From the NCBI GenBank assembly GCA_000934665.2, contig KZ539130.1, positions 1 to 59,964 on the forward strand: DNA of 59,964 nt. The letters run 5' to 3'. The DNA comes from Catajapyx aquilonaris. Lineage: Eukaryota. Position 1 is the stretch's first letter, and the number at the start of each line of letters is the position of its first letter. Under the pieces are notes generated by a model, which was not told the DNA's origin, made no database searches, and worked only from the letters and a program-made list of their open reading frames with translations. This document shows, piece by piece, positions 37,503 to 50,150 of this stretch. The position numbers were made by a program, and so were the translations under genes.

Positions 37503-40235
37503 TTACAGCTGATCGCAAATAACTTGAGGCACAAAATCTTGCTTTGCTGCGTTGGATATGGCATCCCCATACTTTTCAAGTCGCTGGGTCATCTAAAACA
37601 AAATTGTTCATTAATATGACGAATAAATATATCATTGCATGTGAGTTTCTGCAAGCTCTCAGCTAACACATTGCACCAGCGTTTCTCTACCGGGGTTTCG
37701 CAACCAATCACTAGGGCTTCTGCGAGAAATACTGATGAATAAGATAATCATATGTGCAACTCTAATGCAAAAGTTGGGCTCCCTGCAAATTGCACTGAGG
37801 GAGGTGATGAAAAATTGAGCATAAAAGAAGTACGAGAGAAGTTGGATCTTGCGGAAATAGTATATGGCATATTGACACATTAACTTTGGAAGCTTGCTTC
37901 AAAAGTATAAGGCACCATGCAGTGCATGTCAAAAAAATTCAGCCAGTTTCACTGTACTGCCCTCCAAGATGTGCCGCTTCAATGTCACTCATACGCGTAC
38001 TTCTTGTACCCATATGTTGGATTTTTCCTTATCCCCTCAGTGGAATTTGCAGGGGGCCAAAAACTTTTGCTTCAGAATTGTTTTTAGTTATTATTTGATA
38101 TAAATTATAATAATTGTTATGTAGGAGTTTCCTGAGTCATGAACATTATTTCAAAGGTTCCATAAGAGTAAGAAGGTTGAAAAACGCTGCATTACACTAT
38201 GCAAGCTACTGCTAAAGTGTTTTCTGTGTAGCCAATTAAATCGGTATCTCATTATTCTGCTGCTGTAAACATTATAAAGTTGAAAAACTCCTGCTTATTT
38301 ATAACAAGTGAAATGTTCATATCCAAAATAGACTCCCCACCAGATTGAGTTGTTCCCCAAACAGCAAAGTTCAACTAACTGATTACTCACCCTGAATCCC
38401 CACTTGTCCCTGGCCTGCCTGCACAAGTTCAAGTCCACCTCACAGATCAAAAGTCCATCATGAATGCGTGACATACCCTGATATAATGACAAAGGGCGAG
38501 AGGAAAAAAATCATTATTAGTAAGTGTTTGTGAGACTGTGAAGAATGTGAGCAGATTGAATGACATGTAAATTAATGTACCGGACTGCGGCTCCCGTCAG
38601 GAGCTGCCATGTAGCTGGATCCATAGAAGTGTCCAAAATCTTTGTGTGGAGGCTTTCCGTCTCCAGAGTTAAACTCATTTGGGTATATTTCAGTTCCAAC
38701 ACGGTTGATTGCACATGTAAAGTAACTGTTGGCAATGGCTGCATTGCGAGCCTCTATGGGCCACATTTCCTCACTGAAGAACAAGAAGTACAGGAGTCAT
38801 GACAGTGGATTTCACAATAATAAAATTAATTTGCTGGTATCTAATAATAATAACAGTCGAGTCATCAGAGACAGAGGGATCAATTTCAATGCTATCAATG
38901 ATGCATGAATGTGCAATAAGCAAAACCAATATTAAGAACATGATAATGACTTAGAGAACCCTATGCGATGTTAACTCGATTGTCACTATATATTTGCATG
39001 CTGGTATATCAAAGTGTCTGCCACATACCTCAGTTGAACAACGGTAGCATTGGGGTTGAAGACGATCTCAGCTCCATTTAAACCATACATCATCCAGTTT
39101 TGAGGGTGGTGGCGTCCATAGCAAATGTTAATAGCAATTTTGCCAAACTGAGTCTGAAAGACCGGGTGTCCGAGAGTGGACTCCATGTAGTATGTGGACT
39201 CATTGAAGTCTCCCTTTCTGGGGATGTGGTTTTTGCGGCTCTTTCCAATAATTTTTCCAGAATTGGAAATGACCACAGCTGTGTTCCACAGAATGTCTCC
39301 GTGGGCAGCATCACGTTCCAGTATGGGACTGACGATCACCATGTTGTAACGCTGGGCCAACTTTTGTACCAGCTTGATAGTGGGACCCTCTTCTGCAGAT
39401 TCAGCGAATTCGGTCCAGGGAAGCCTCTCTCGAGTACAAAATGCAAATGGCATCACTGTAGGCATAGAAAAAAAATATGTGATTTTCAGTGCCATAATCT
39501 GACTCTTTGTGTCTGGTCAAGGATATATGCAGCACGTTGTTTATTATTTTAGCCCGATCAGTTCCACTCTTATACGCAATTATCATATATTACATAATAA
39601 TACATCATTATATTTACATGCATTTGTGCAATATTAATGATAATACTTGATAATTAATAATTGATTGATTAATAATTATATCAATAATATTGCATACACG
39701 TTTTTAAATGACATATCACTTGGACTTACTCCAAGCTTCCTGGATGCAAAGGATGTTGACTCCGCAGAGAGAAGCAGCATGGATGATATCAGAAATGCGA
39801 TTGTGGAGGGCCTCTTTCTGATCACTTATGGGCGCAGTTGTAGGCAGAACTATCTGGTTTTGTATGGCACCAACTCTCACCAACCTGAAGATGAATGATA
39901 CCTATTATTTCATGAAAATTATGTGAATGCGTCACAAAATGAAAGGGTCTCACCTTGGGGGTCGAGTGCCTTCTTTGGCAGCACCACATTGAAATCCTTT
40001 CAGTTCAAATTTCTTCTCATCTGCTAGGGCGTGGGCCTCTTTTGGAAGCTCAAGAGGTCTGGTTTCACAGAAAAAGCAACTCGTTTAGTCAGTCAAACCT
40101 CAAATCTATCAAAATGACGACAACTCACTTCCAGGATTCCCCGTACAAGATACGTTTCACTTGCTTTAAGTCTTCACTGGGCAGTTTTTCCAGAAGCAGA
40201 TCCAGACTTTCAAATTGTTCTGACAGGGCGTCCAT
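37503..40235 (-). CDS. UPB1: Beta-ureidopropionase (beta-alanine synthase, nitrilase family), copy A, 387 aa
   Basis: Seven exons: 40129-40235, 39954-40058, 39730-39884, 39029-39455, 38581-38773, 38391-38477, 37503-37592 (1164 nt, in frame). The nitrilase triad motifs QEAW, SRKNHIP and NICYGRHHP are intact, as are [21 protein letters not shown] and [10 protein letters not shown]. Confidence 0.95.
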
Positions 40236-41036
40236 ATTTTGCGTGAAAATGCAAAATTATGTGAACTGAAATTAAAATTGAGATTAGCAAAGCATACTTG
40301 ATTGCAAATTATTTTCGGAGGGGGGACACTAATAATGATCTTAATCTTACTTACCATCGCCTTCAAATTTACACGCAGTTTCGAACTTCTCTATTATTTT
40401 GCTGAAGGTACAGGTACTCTACACCATGTGTCCATGTCTAACTTGGCAGCTCGTTTCCATCTGATTTTTGGTTTCGACAATGTTCCGAATATCAAAAGGA
40501 TTAGCTAAGTCGAATTTAGCCATATACTGTATTTATACTCTCAGCATTGCAAAATGACCCATTAGAACAACTGGCATAAAAAAAGATTGATAGAATCCAT
40601 TTTTGCATGCCAGACCCCCTGTATCCAGTGAGCCAGCAATGAACTACCACCCTTTTAGACTTTTTCGCATTGAAAAAAAATATGTCTTATCGAACGTATT
40701 TGCCCGTGGACAGGTGTCAGGGTCTAAACCGCAAGAGATAGAGACACACGATTTTCAGATTCGGATTTAGCTGACACTAAATAGATTTAGTGGTCATCAA
40801 CTTCGGGTTCTCCGAATTCACTCTATTAGCTAAAATCAAGTTTAATGGCGGGTGTTCTTGACTTCCTCAGAAACCGGACATGAAACTGACAACACTCCAT
40901 GTCATTGTTGTCCAAATTGAATTTCCTTGGAAATGATAAAAAGTCTACTCGAATCACGCTCGCGTGATTTTCCAATCTTGTTTAAATAATATATAATAGT
41001 ACCAAATTCTGACAGATATAAAATTCAAACACTTAC

Positions 41037-41118
41037 CTTGAAGATGACAACTAACTGAAGATGAATTGACCACCAACTGTGCTCACTACCTCTTTATATA
41101 GCCAAGAGATATATCGAT
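41037..41118 (-). promoter_or_regulatory. Core promoter and first non-coding exon of UPB1 copy A
   Basis: TATATAAA at 41093-41100. An Inr-like TCAATT has its A at 41067, 31 nt downstream of the TATAAA. Donor AAG|GTAAGT at 41037/41036. DRE-like ATCGATA near 41112-41118. Confidence 0.55.
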
Positions 41119-43364
41119 CAAGTTTGCCCTTTGGTCACTGTCGAGGTCAGTGTGGTGTATAGCTCCTTGTGACAAGTAGGAGGAGGTGATAACGGTGTGG
41201 AGGGGGGAATAGTAACCGGAAAAAATTCTTAGAACATGAACCTTCCACCCCGAAGTTAATAAACGGAGAGAAGATAACAAAATGTAGTACCAATACGAAG
41301 TAGCCAATTGTAGACTATAATTATATAATTCCAGGCGTGCTAGTCTGAAGTCCTGCAAGAACAACATATTATTATTTTTGCAAAGCCACACAGTAGGGAT
41401 AGTAGTGATGGTTACTGCAGGAAAAAATTTATTCGTAGGCTTATATTAAAATATTATATCCGACATCTTGCTCCCATCCCACTCGCACCTCTGCTGCTTC
41501 TTGCATCTATATTATTAAAGTTCTAATTTGCATGCATGTTTTAGAACCTTTCGGAATAAGTGACTCAAGAACGGTGTTTCCTTCCAAAAGTCGACTGCCT
41601 TTGAGGAGTCTGGCTAGATCAGACTTAGAGGTCTGGCCTTTACGACCAGGCGTGATACGTTAGTGGCGATAGTGGCAAGGGTAATGCAACTCAACCATTC
41701 AATCATTAACATTTCTCTCACCCCAGAATGAAACTGGTGAATTCCGAATTCAGCTAGATAGGACCAAGTTTGTCAACAAATAAAGTCAGCAAGATTTTTT
41801 TTTTAAACGTGATCAGAAAGGTCACGAGGATGACCTGCATATCCCATCATGTGCTCAAATCGTGTGCATGATTGGCTATGATGTCGTTGGTTCTTCTTTG
41901 ATCGTAAGGCTCATAAGACTCGTACACGTAAATGCATTTTCGATTTCGAGAGGAGAATATCAGGGTTCACTCATATTTTTGAGATGGGATTAACCATGTT
42001 TTTCGCGATTTATCCAACTCTCTCTCTCGACTCTCGATCTCGACCCAGGCTTTCTCGCATAATTTATGTATACAGGCTTATATGCAAGGTAGATTTACAA
42101 CCCAAAATCCGAGGCAGTGGAGAAAATAGAGCTCCATCAGACACGGTCTCTGTAGCACAGATCATTGCTCCGTAAGGTCAGTTCAAGGGCTCAACCTGAG
42201 AAAGATCAAGTCGGGGCCACCCGTCTTCCAAGAATCCGTGATGTCAACTGGCGACCCAGAGAAAACATTGACTCTTATCCTCAATATAGGCAGCCTATGG
42301 AATTGAATTTTTTGCATGCATTGGCTCGATTTGTGCCAAAAGGCAAAGTAAGTTATATACATCATATCTATGTCTGGAATCTCCTGCTTGTTGACATGAG
42401 AATGTCCATTTATGTCAATCCTGCCAGCCATTGCAGAGGGTGTACAATATGACTCTGCAAGCAGATAATAAAATAATAGAGACGCGAATATTATGAGAAT
42501 TAAATTGATACTTTCATTAGACATAACAATAAAAATATAAAACACTCAAATACTATTCGAACAATGCTTTCAGTGCAAGCTATATGCCTGAATTATAGAT
42601 TGACACTGTCGCATTTTTAACCTTTTTCTATTTTTTTGTTTTAATTCGAGTTTCCAACTAACAGTTAATATACACCTGCCTGTTAAAAGCCCACCACAAT
42701 TAACAAAACCTCAAATAACCATTAGCAAAATAATGTTCTTTTTTTCCACAGCTTAGTTTTTTCTTGTCTGTTTTGTATATTCTTTTTTGAATGCCTGAAA
42801 CAGGTTAGAACATACTTTTTAATTAACGGCAAGCAAATTACGGCAAGCAAATTATATAGGACTATTAAGACTTATCATCGCTTATCATGCTGTCAGGCGC
42901 ATTAAAATTTTTTTACTTACTGTAGGCTACTTAGAGCTTACCTCCATAGTAGAGCTAACCTCCACCAAGACCTAGCGTCTTAGACTCATAGAGCCTCCAC
43001 ATCTAACAGGGCGATACAGAAGAAGTATACGGTAGTGTACAGGCCTAAATTAATATAAAATCAAACAGGGCAATGGAAAAGTTATTATTAGGAACGTTCC
43101 AATAAAAATGGTCGTGTGTGACCGCAATCTCAATTCTTTAAGGTAGGGATCCTATACCTTTAATACCTGCACTGCTGCACATCATATTATGGACCCATAT
43201 ATGGACCTGTAGTCGACCCAGCCTAACCTGACTGACGTAATCGTTTCGCTTACTAAAGTGATATAGTCAACGAAAATCTTCCTAACACACCTCAGGAATC
43301 TGCCTAACACACCCAGTGCAAGCGCACCCAGCAAAAGGACCAACTGTACTAGCTGTACTATTAA

Positions 43365-43822
43365 AGGGACACTCCACTCAAAATACAAGTTGGGTTCTAA
43401 AAATCGGGCAAAAAATCCTGATTCCGAGGGTAGTATAAGCAGTTTTTCTTAGAGAGGAACGGTAAGGCCAGTGTGAAAGCTGGAAGTGTGTCGTTCGAAC
43501 ACCGCGCGCGGGGCAGGTGGCGCAGGTGGCGACGGACGCCACCAGAGTGGAACCGGGCGGAACTAGACCAGGCACGCCTGGCGCGGCAGGCGCGGCAGGT
43601 GTTTACTGTGCGCGTTATACTTCTCCGGTTTGCCGCGGGATGGTGCTGTAGCGCCCTTCTTAGCAGACGACGCGCGACGTGTGTAGATATCAAGTAGATA
43701 TATGATTTTCCGTGATTTTCCGTGTTACCGTTGGGCGTAGAAAAAAACCGATTGCACATTCGGAATCAGGATTTTTTGCCCGATTTTTGGGGACCAACTT
43801 GTATTTTGAGTGGAGTGTCCCT
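43365..43822. mobile_element. Kolobok-type non-autonomous element
   Basis: TTAA TSD and TIR AGGGACACTCCACTCAAAATACAAGTTGG (purine termini, unlike the CC termini of piggyBac). Confidence 0.75.
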
Positions 43823-43878
43823 TTAAGCAAAATAAAGGTACTGTGCAGGCTGCCCATTGGGCGGAGCACACTAAACCC

Positions 43879-43889
43879 ATCATCATCAC

Positions 43890-43922
<33 letters not shown>

Positions 43923-43924
43923 TA

Positions 43925-44005
<81 letters not shown>
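43879..44005. repeat. (CAT)n(ATT)n microsatellite, tail of a retroelement 3' end
   Basis: Visible trinucleotide tract that follows sequence similar to the tail of the SINE C copy at 51320-51420. Confidence 0.9.
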
Positions 44006-44006
<1 letters not shown>

Positions 44007-44630
44007 TGTGGCTAATGGGAAATCCGACGCTGAACACACCTCTGGAACTGCTGCCACTTTTCCCGTTTCCGCATGGAAACAGGAAAAGGAAACACAAACA
44101 ATCGACATAAAACCGAACACACGACATCATCAAATATGTCTCCACACTCGCTGTGACTGTGCCAAATTGTGCCAACTCTTGTCTCCTGTCACTTGTTATA
44201 TGCATGGTTTAGCCAATTTCCATATTTATGACAGAATCCGACTCTGACCTACCGGTGCGTCGTATGGACAGCCCATTCAAATATCAAAATATTCAAATAC
44301 CGCGGGGATCAAGGCGTTTTAATGGCGCCTCATGGCACGAATATATTATCTCTTTATTTGCCTGTGATGTAGGCTACTCATTTGAATATTTGAAGCACGT
44401 CAAAATAAGACATCGCGCCTGCCAAACATTTTATTCCACATTAAAGTAGTAGAAATTCAGCCGGGCTCGTTCCTTTCGATTTAATTAATTAATCCTTTTA
44501 AAAGCTGTTCGGTTGCATCTGGCATCCCTTGAATTCTGTCCGTTGGTTGGGAGCCATTTTGTTCCACGGTAGTTAGAGATTTTGTTCCTCGGCGTTCCAT
44601 ATTCCATCAGCCAGCTAGGTTATTATAACG

Positions 44631-46487
44631 ATGGCGGCCCCGGGGTATGGACGAGCGTCTTTCGTCGCCCCGAGCCTCAATATGCATGTGAGCAAGGCGT
44701 CTGCAGAGGGGCTCCCTGGACTCCTGGAGCACATGGCTAAGCCCACGGCCACCCTCACCTGGCTGTCCATGGATAGGCTCGTCCTTGCCCTCAGGATGGC
44801 CAAGGTGAGTCCATCAGAACCATCTGTATAGCTGACATAATCTTCTATTATTTCAAAAGAATGAGAAGAGGCTGACCAAGGGTCAAGTTTCTACACTGAC
44901 CACCATCCTGACCAAGGCATATGTAAAGAATCAGTTGACTGAGGATATGATTGGCTTGGTGACTTCTATTGTCTCGGTCCTGGTTGATTGGAATGTGGAC
45001 CTAATTCAAGTTGGGTTCCCCACTGCTTGGGGTGACTGCTCTGCGATGATCGCGCTGTTCTACACCCTGACTGGCGACTGGGATATGAGCACGGCTTGCT
45101 GGCTGTGGAAGCCACTGCATCAGACCTTGATGATGACCAATGCACTTCCAGAGAGGAGGCTGGAAGCAAGTGAGGTCATGGGCCAGGTTTTGGAATATTT
45201 TCCAAATGGGATTATGCCTGCCTTTGCCGACCGGAACAGAGAGGAGTTGTATGTATTGTCACAGTTTGTATATGAAATAGTAGACCATGCAGATACACTG
45301 CAACACATTGTTCCATTCTGAACAGGTCAGAAATGAGCGCAGCACTGGTTCAGATGGGTTACTACCCCCTCCAAGAAAAGTGCGTGATGTGCCTGGAGTA
45401 CATATTCCGCACTTGTCAGAGTGACGAAGCATTGTTGAAGGATTGGTTTCCATACAAGAAGATGAAGCATGCCAAGTTCCCTCACACCACCGCCAACTTG
45501 GCACAGGTTGTTGTCACAGTTCATTCTTACATCTTACAGTTAGATGTAACAGCAGTACTCATGCCACAATTGTTTTCAGGATTGCCGTTTGTTCTTAAAC
45601 TACCTGAACCTTTCTGCACTATCCAACAGAACCGTATTTACATACATTTGTAACTGCTTCTTCTTGGGTGATCTGGAGCTTCATCCCTATGTAAGTTGAC
45701 ATGAGCCATTAAGTGTGGCTGATAAATTACAAATACTGCAAGGGCATTATTTTATATAAAGAATTATTGTCGCGTTTTAATTGTGATTGACGATGACAGC
45801 CTGCTTTGGCCTTATAGTTAGTAATTGCATGATTGCATTTGCATGTAATTGCAAGGTGGATGTGGCATGGTGACCCAAATCTTTCTCTACATGACGTACC
45901 CGTACTCTTTCCCTGACCACCATATTATTAGTTTTTGGGTGATAAAGTGCTTACATTAAATATATCACTTTCTGCAGAAGCCAGTCAACCGTAACTGGTG
46001 GGTAGACATCAATGTTGGTACCCATTCGCTTGGTGTCAGTGTCCAGAGACCCGAGCCAGGCAATCCTGATCTCACTGGATACGATGAGAAACAAGATCTG
46101 GAACTTAGCTGCCGCTGGGTGCGGCGCGTGAAGGTGCTTGCCCCCAAAAGTAGGAGGGGACCACTCCTGGAGTTTGACATGGCAGTGGATGCAATGTATC
46201 TCTTGGGCCGGGAGTTACCCAAGGTTCTTAGCAGGAAGCCCAAGGGACATATGATACATATTTTGTTGGGTGGAACTAGGGGAGCTCCTGAGAATGGTGG
46301 TGGAGATGAAGGTGAGGAGGAATGGAGTTATGAAGCCTTTGATGTGTTGCTGAGTGCCCTGCGCAGTATGTTTGAGCAGAGGGCTGTGGTGCCTGAGGTG
46401 GTCTACGATGACAACGAACTGCCCTCCAGGGAGTGGTGTGCAGTCGAGGAGGTTAGTTTGGGGGAAACTGAGGATGTGATCGCATGA
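44631..46487 (+). CDS. SYCP2/SYCP2L-like protein (ARM-like plus PH/Spt16M-like N-terminal module only), about 454 aa
   Basis: Exons 44631-44804, 44860-45248, 45326-45506, 45580-45690, 45978-46487. All introns are GT-AG and the 1365-nt join is open. Motifs MGYYPLQEKCVMCLEYIFR..DWF, DCRLFLNYLN..RTVFTYIC..FLGDLEL and WWVDINVGTHSL are colinear with remembered vertebrate SYCP2 motifs AGDYDLQV..EALCR..QWF, DCRIFLNLVN..RRVFTFPC..AFL and FWIDFNLGSQTL. The gene model is more certain than the family call. Confidence 0.75.
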
Positions 46488-48398
46488 TAACATCCCTATT
46501 CAAAGTTGTCTTCAAAATCATAGGGCCCACTGCCTTAACTTAATACAACCTGCCTAGCCAATCCAAGCAGGATAATAGACCCGTAATGCATATTCAACTA
46601 TACCTTTCCCTGCTCCTTTTCATGGTAAAGAATCCAAGATAGCACATTACAAAACAAGTTCGATGAACAACTGATTTTCACACGCCTTTGAAAGTACTTG
46701 CATCAGCTTGCATCATGACATTAAAATATTGTTTGCAGAGGATCACCATACTGGCTGACACCCTAGGATTGCACCATTAATCACGACATGATTGGAGATC
46801 CCATCACTAGAAGACTAGCTGGAATCAACAATCCTCATCATCATCATCAATCATCAAATCTTTCCCATCCTGCCAATCCTGGTGTTTTTTTTTCTCATTA
46901 AGTTTGTCTTTCATCCTCTGGTGTGGGCTACCAATCCACCAAATCAAGGAAATCAGTAGGCGGAATATGACGAGTTGACCAGTGCCACCCAAAAAAAGGG
47001 TTCACAGGGTCATTAAAGCAGGTCACTTTATGTGCATCTTTCATCCCATGGTGTGGGCTACCAATCCACCAAATTTCATGAAAATCCGCGAGTGGCACTT
47101 AGAAAGTGTCCCTTATTGTTAGCAGATGTCAAGAAATAGAGGCACATCAATGGTTCCCATTTACTGATTGGCATAAGCTACACAGGATTTTTTTAAATGT
47201 TCAAGTAGCATAGGGATCAATACCATATATAATTTTTATATTCATGCACATTAAAGGTGCACTCAATAATAACACATGTAACAAATTTTAACTTTATGTT
47301 TGTGTTAGGGCATTTATTGTGTGTTTCAGTTTCCCCGTGTCTAGAAAGTACAGAAAATGGCAATTATGGTGTAAAAAGTTTGCTTTTGTGACCAGGACAA
47401 TCATATGTATACAGGGCGATCACAGAAGAAGGGGACCCGGCTAAATTCTTTTTAACTTATTAGAGTAAAGTTTTTAACTTATTAGAGTAAAGTGATGTGC
47501 AGTACAATCGTAAATCTAGAAAAACCACACATTTCTAAATATTGTCTTTGTTTTGAAGTAGAAATAAACATTACTTTTGATCTAGATGTTGTCTGTTTAT
47601 AAAAATTGAAATTTGTTACCCAAGTACGTATATGGGGATATGCAAAATATATAAGTCATTCTCCTGAGCACAAAGGCAAACTTTGGCAGGTATAATGGCC
47701 ATTATCTCAAGTTTTTAGGCATAAGAAAGCAGGACATAACACTCACTTGCCAAACACAAAAAGTGTGTTACATAGTGGATAATGCACAACATGACGTTGT
47801 TCCAACCAGATACGGGCACTGACGTCACAATAGTAACAATGATTTCAACACTGTCACCCATGAAGGCATTCTGTAAATTCTTACGGTATGTATTGTTTAT
47901 TTGGTAGACTACAATGTTACAAAAAATATGGTAAAGATGCATAACTGAATATACTATTTTATGCTAGTAACTTACCCATAAGTTTTGTGCAAGAATAACA
48001 TAATGGTAGGTTTATTACCATGGTAGTAAAACCTTATGTTACTCATAACGTACGTAGGTCGTAGCTACAGGGTATGGCCTACAGATGACATTTAGCAGTT
48101 AAGGATCGAGTGATTGTACTTTTTTTAAAAACATGTATAGCATATTTTGATCTGCTGTTGTAGAGGCCAAAGTCATAGGTCGGACGGATCACACACAATA
48201 AACTTATGATCTGTGACATTTTTATTAGTTCTCTTCAGTGCAATCCCTTCCTGCTTCACCAACGCGGAACTGCATTACGACTACCAGGTACGTAGTCACT
48301 GCTCCGGTGATCTGAAGGCAGGAGTTGAATTTTAAAAATTACGATGTTACCTTGGCCTGAAGCGTATAATAAGTTACTGATTATAACTTATGGTAGTC

Positions 48399-48764
48399 CG
48401 GGGGAGGCACGGTGGCCGAGATGGTAACGTCTCGGCTTGCTATGCGAAAGGTCCCGGGTTCAAATCCCCAGCCGGGAGCAAACGTTTCGCTTGCGTCATT
48501 GGGTCGTGACCCGCGCCTAAGGAGGCGTCTTGGCAACCTGACCTCCTGGGGGACTGCACCTGGCCCACCGCTGGACAATGCACCTGCACATGTGTCCCCT
48601 CCCCAAAACACCCAACCCTTACCCTATTTCCTAGTCATCCTTGCACTGGAGTTCGAAGTAAAATGTGCAGTCAGAAAACTATATGGTGGTCTGCCACCCC
48701 CCTATAACGACCAAGTAGTTGTATCACGGGGTAAATAAAATAAATAAATAAATAAAAATAATAA
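48399..48764 (+). mobile_element. tRNA-derived SINE, family D, with A-rich tail
   Basis: A box GGTGGCCGAGATGG and B box GGGTTCAAATCCC; 14-bp TSD AACTTATGGTAGTC at 48385-48398 and 48765-48778. Confidence 0.85.
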
Positions 48765-49394
48765 AACTTATGGTAGTCAGAAGTCGTTGGTTGATGGACA
48801 AGAACGCTGTTAAAAAGTGGATCACTGTGCTCCGGTCTCCCCTAGTAATTATTATTGTGGGCACTTACCAGATAGTGTGATGGGGTGTGCTTTCTTTCAC
48901 ACTTATGGTTAATATTGGGGACAAGTTGCGTCAATATTTAAGCCTGAGGTTTTTCTCAACACAGAGTTGATGACGGTACCTTATTTTCATGGACATTAAT
49001 GCCAAAAACAGCTTCGCATAATTTGGCAGTTAGTAAATGGTATTAACTATTAAGTACTTCTGAGCACTGGTTGCAGGCTTCCATTTTTTTCAGCCCAATG
49101 TTCAGAAGGGTTTTTTTCTTCTCAAACTTCCATTCGTCGAAATTTTGATATTTTCCTGACTATGCACTGACATGTTTGGGAGGGGTAAAGAAATCTCAAA
49201 ATCCTGATGCAATATTTATTGGCATGTCCATCTCGGAAAAATAATTTCTGAACTATTACGCCAGTTGATTTATTTGCTCCAATATGTTGCTTAGACGCTG
49301 ACCTCCACTGGGCCACCACTGTATATTATTTGAAATTCTTGGAGTGTTGGAAAGAAAGCAAAAAATTTGCTTCCTCGTATATGTTACGGTAAAT

Positions 49395-50150
49395 GTGTTT
49401 AATCCGGGAGTTTTGTAAAATGACCGGGCACTGTATAGAATGCCCCATTTTTTGGGCAGAGTGTATAATTCCCTTAACAAGTTTCAGTCAATGTATAAAA
49501 TGCCCTGTCATTATACAGAATGCCTAGAGGGTGGTGGTCAATGTATTGAATCGCTCTGACAAGGAAATTTCAAAAATGTGTTTTTTATTGAGACAATAAA
49601 TCCCTTAGTCAAAATCAACATACAGGCATTATAATCAGAGTTAATCATAAGGAGCATTATTTTATTGGAGCAAGGCAAATGGAATTACAGAGCTGAACGG
49701 TATCTCTGCACGTGCACTTTTTTGAAACACATTTGGTTTTGCATTTCTTATACCCCTGTGACCCTGACATGCTGCGCTGTTGTAAGATGCCACCTCCCCC
49801 AGAGAAATAAGGTTGCTATCCGCCTTTTCAGTACAGCAGCTAAGTCTAATAATCTTTCTTTGCACGGATGTATTTCTGCACGTGTGTACATGTGCTTGAG
49901 TTGGCCATGTTCAGAGCACATTGTGTACAGGTCATCATCAACACTCTTCACCACTGCTAGGATGTTTTTGGGGGACCCACGAGCCCTTTCAACGTCAGGA
50001 ATTAATTGATAGGCGATAAAAGAATCAACACACTGCTCAACAAGTCGTGGGCATTATATAAAATGTCCGGCCCATATCCACACTGCCCAAAAAATTTCAC
50101 ATTCTATACAGTGCCCCAGTCATTTTACAAAATGCCCGGGTTAACATATA
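49395..50150 (-). mobile_element. Deleted Ginger2/TDD-like DNA transposon (KRBA2/SCAND3-like integrase C-terminus)
   Basis: Inverted termini CCGGG..TTTTGTAAAATGAC..GGGCACTGTATAGAATG, ending TTAACA. The minus-strand remnant reads LIPDVERARGSPKNILAVV..LYT..HGQLKHMYTR and carries a Cys cluster QGYKKCKTKCVSKKCTCR..LCNSIC. Confidence 0.65.

Noticed and set aside
42165..42452. 95-aa ORF upstream of UPB1 copy A
   Set aside because: No motif I recognise and no consistent exon partners; left unassigned.
43690..44247. ORFs with poly-N/D/L/I tracts (also 57627-58190)
   Set aside because: These are translations of trinucleotide microsatellites.
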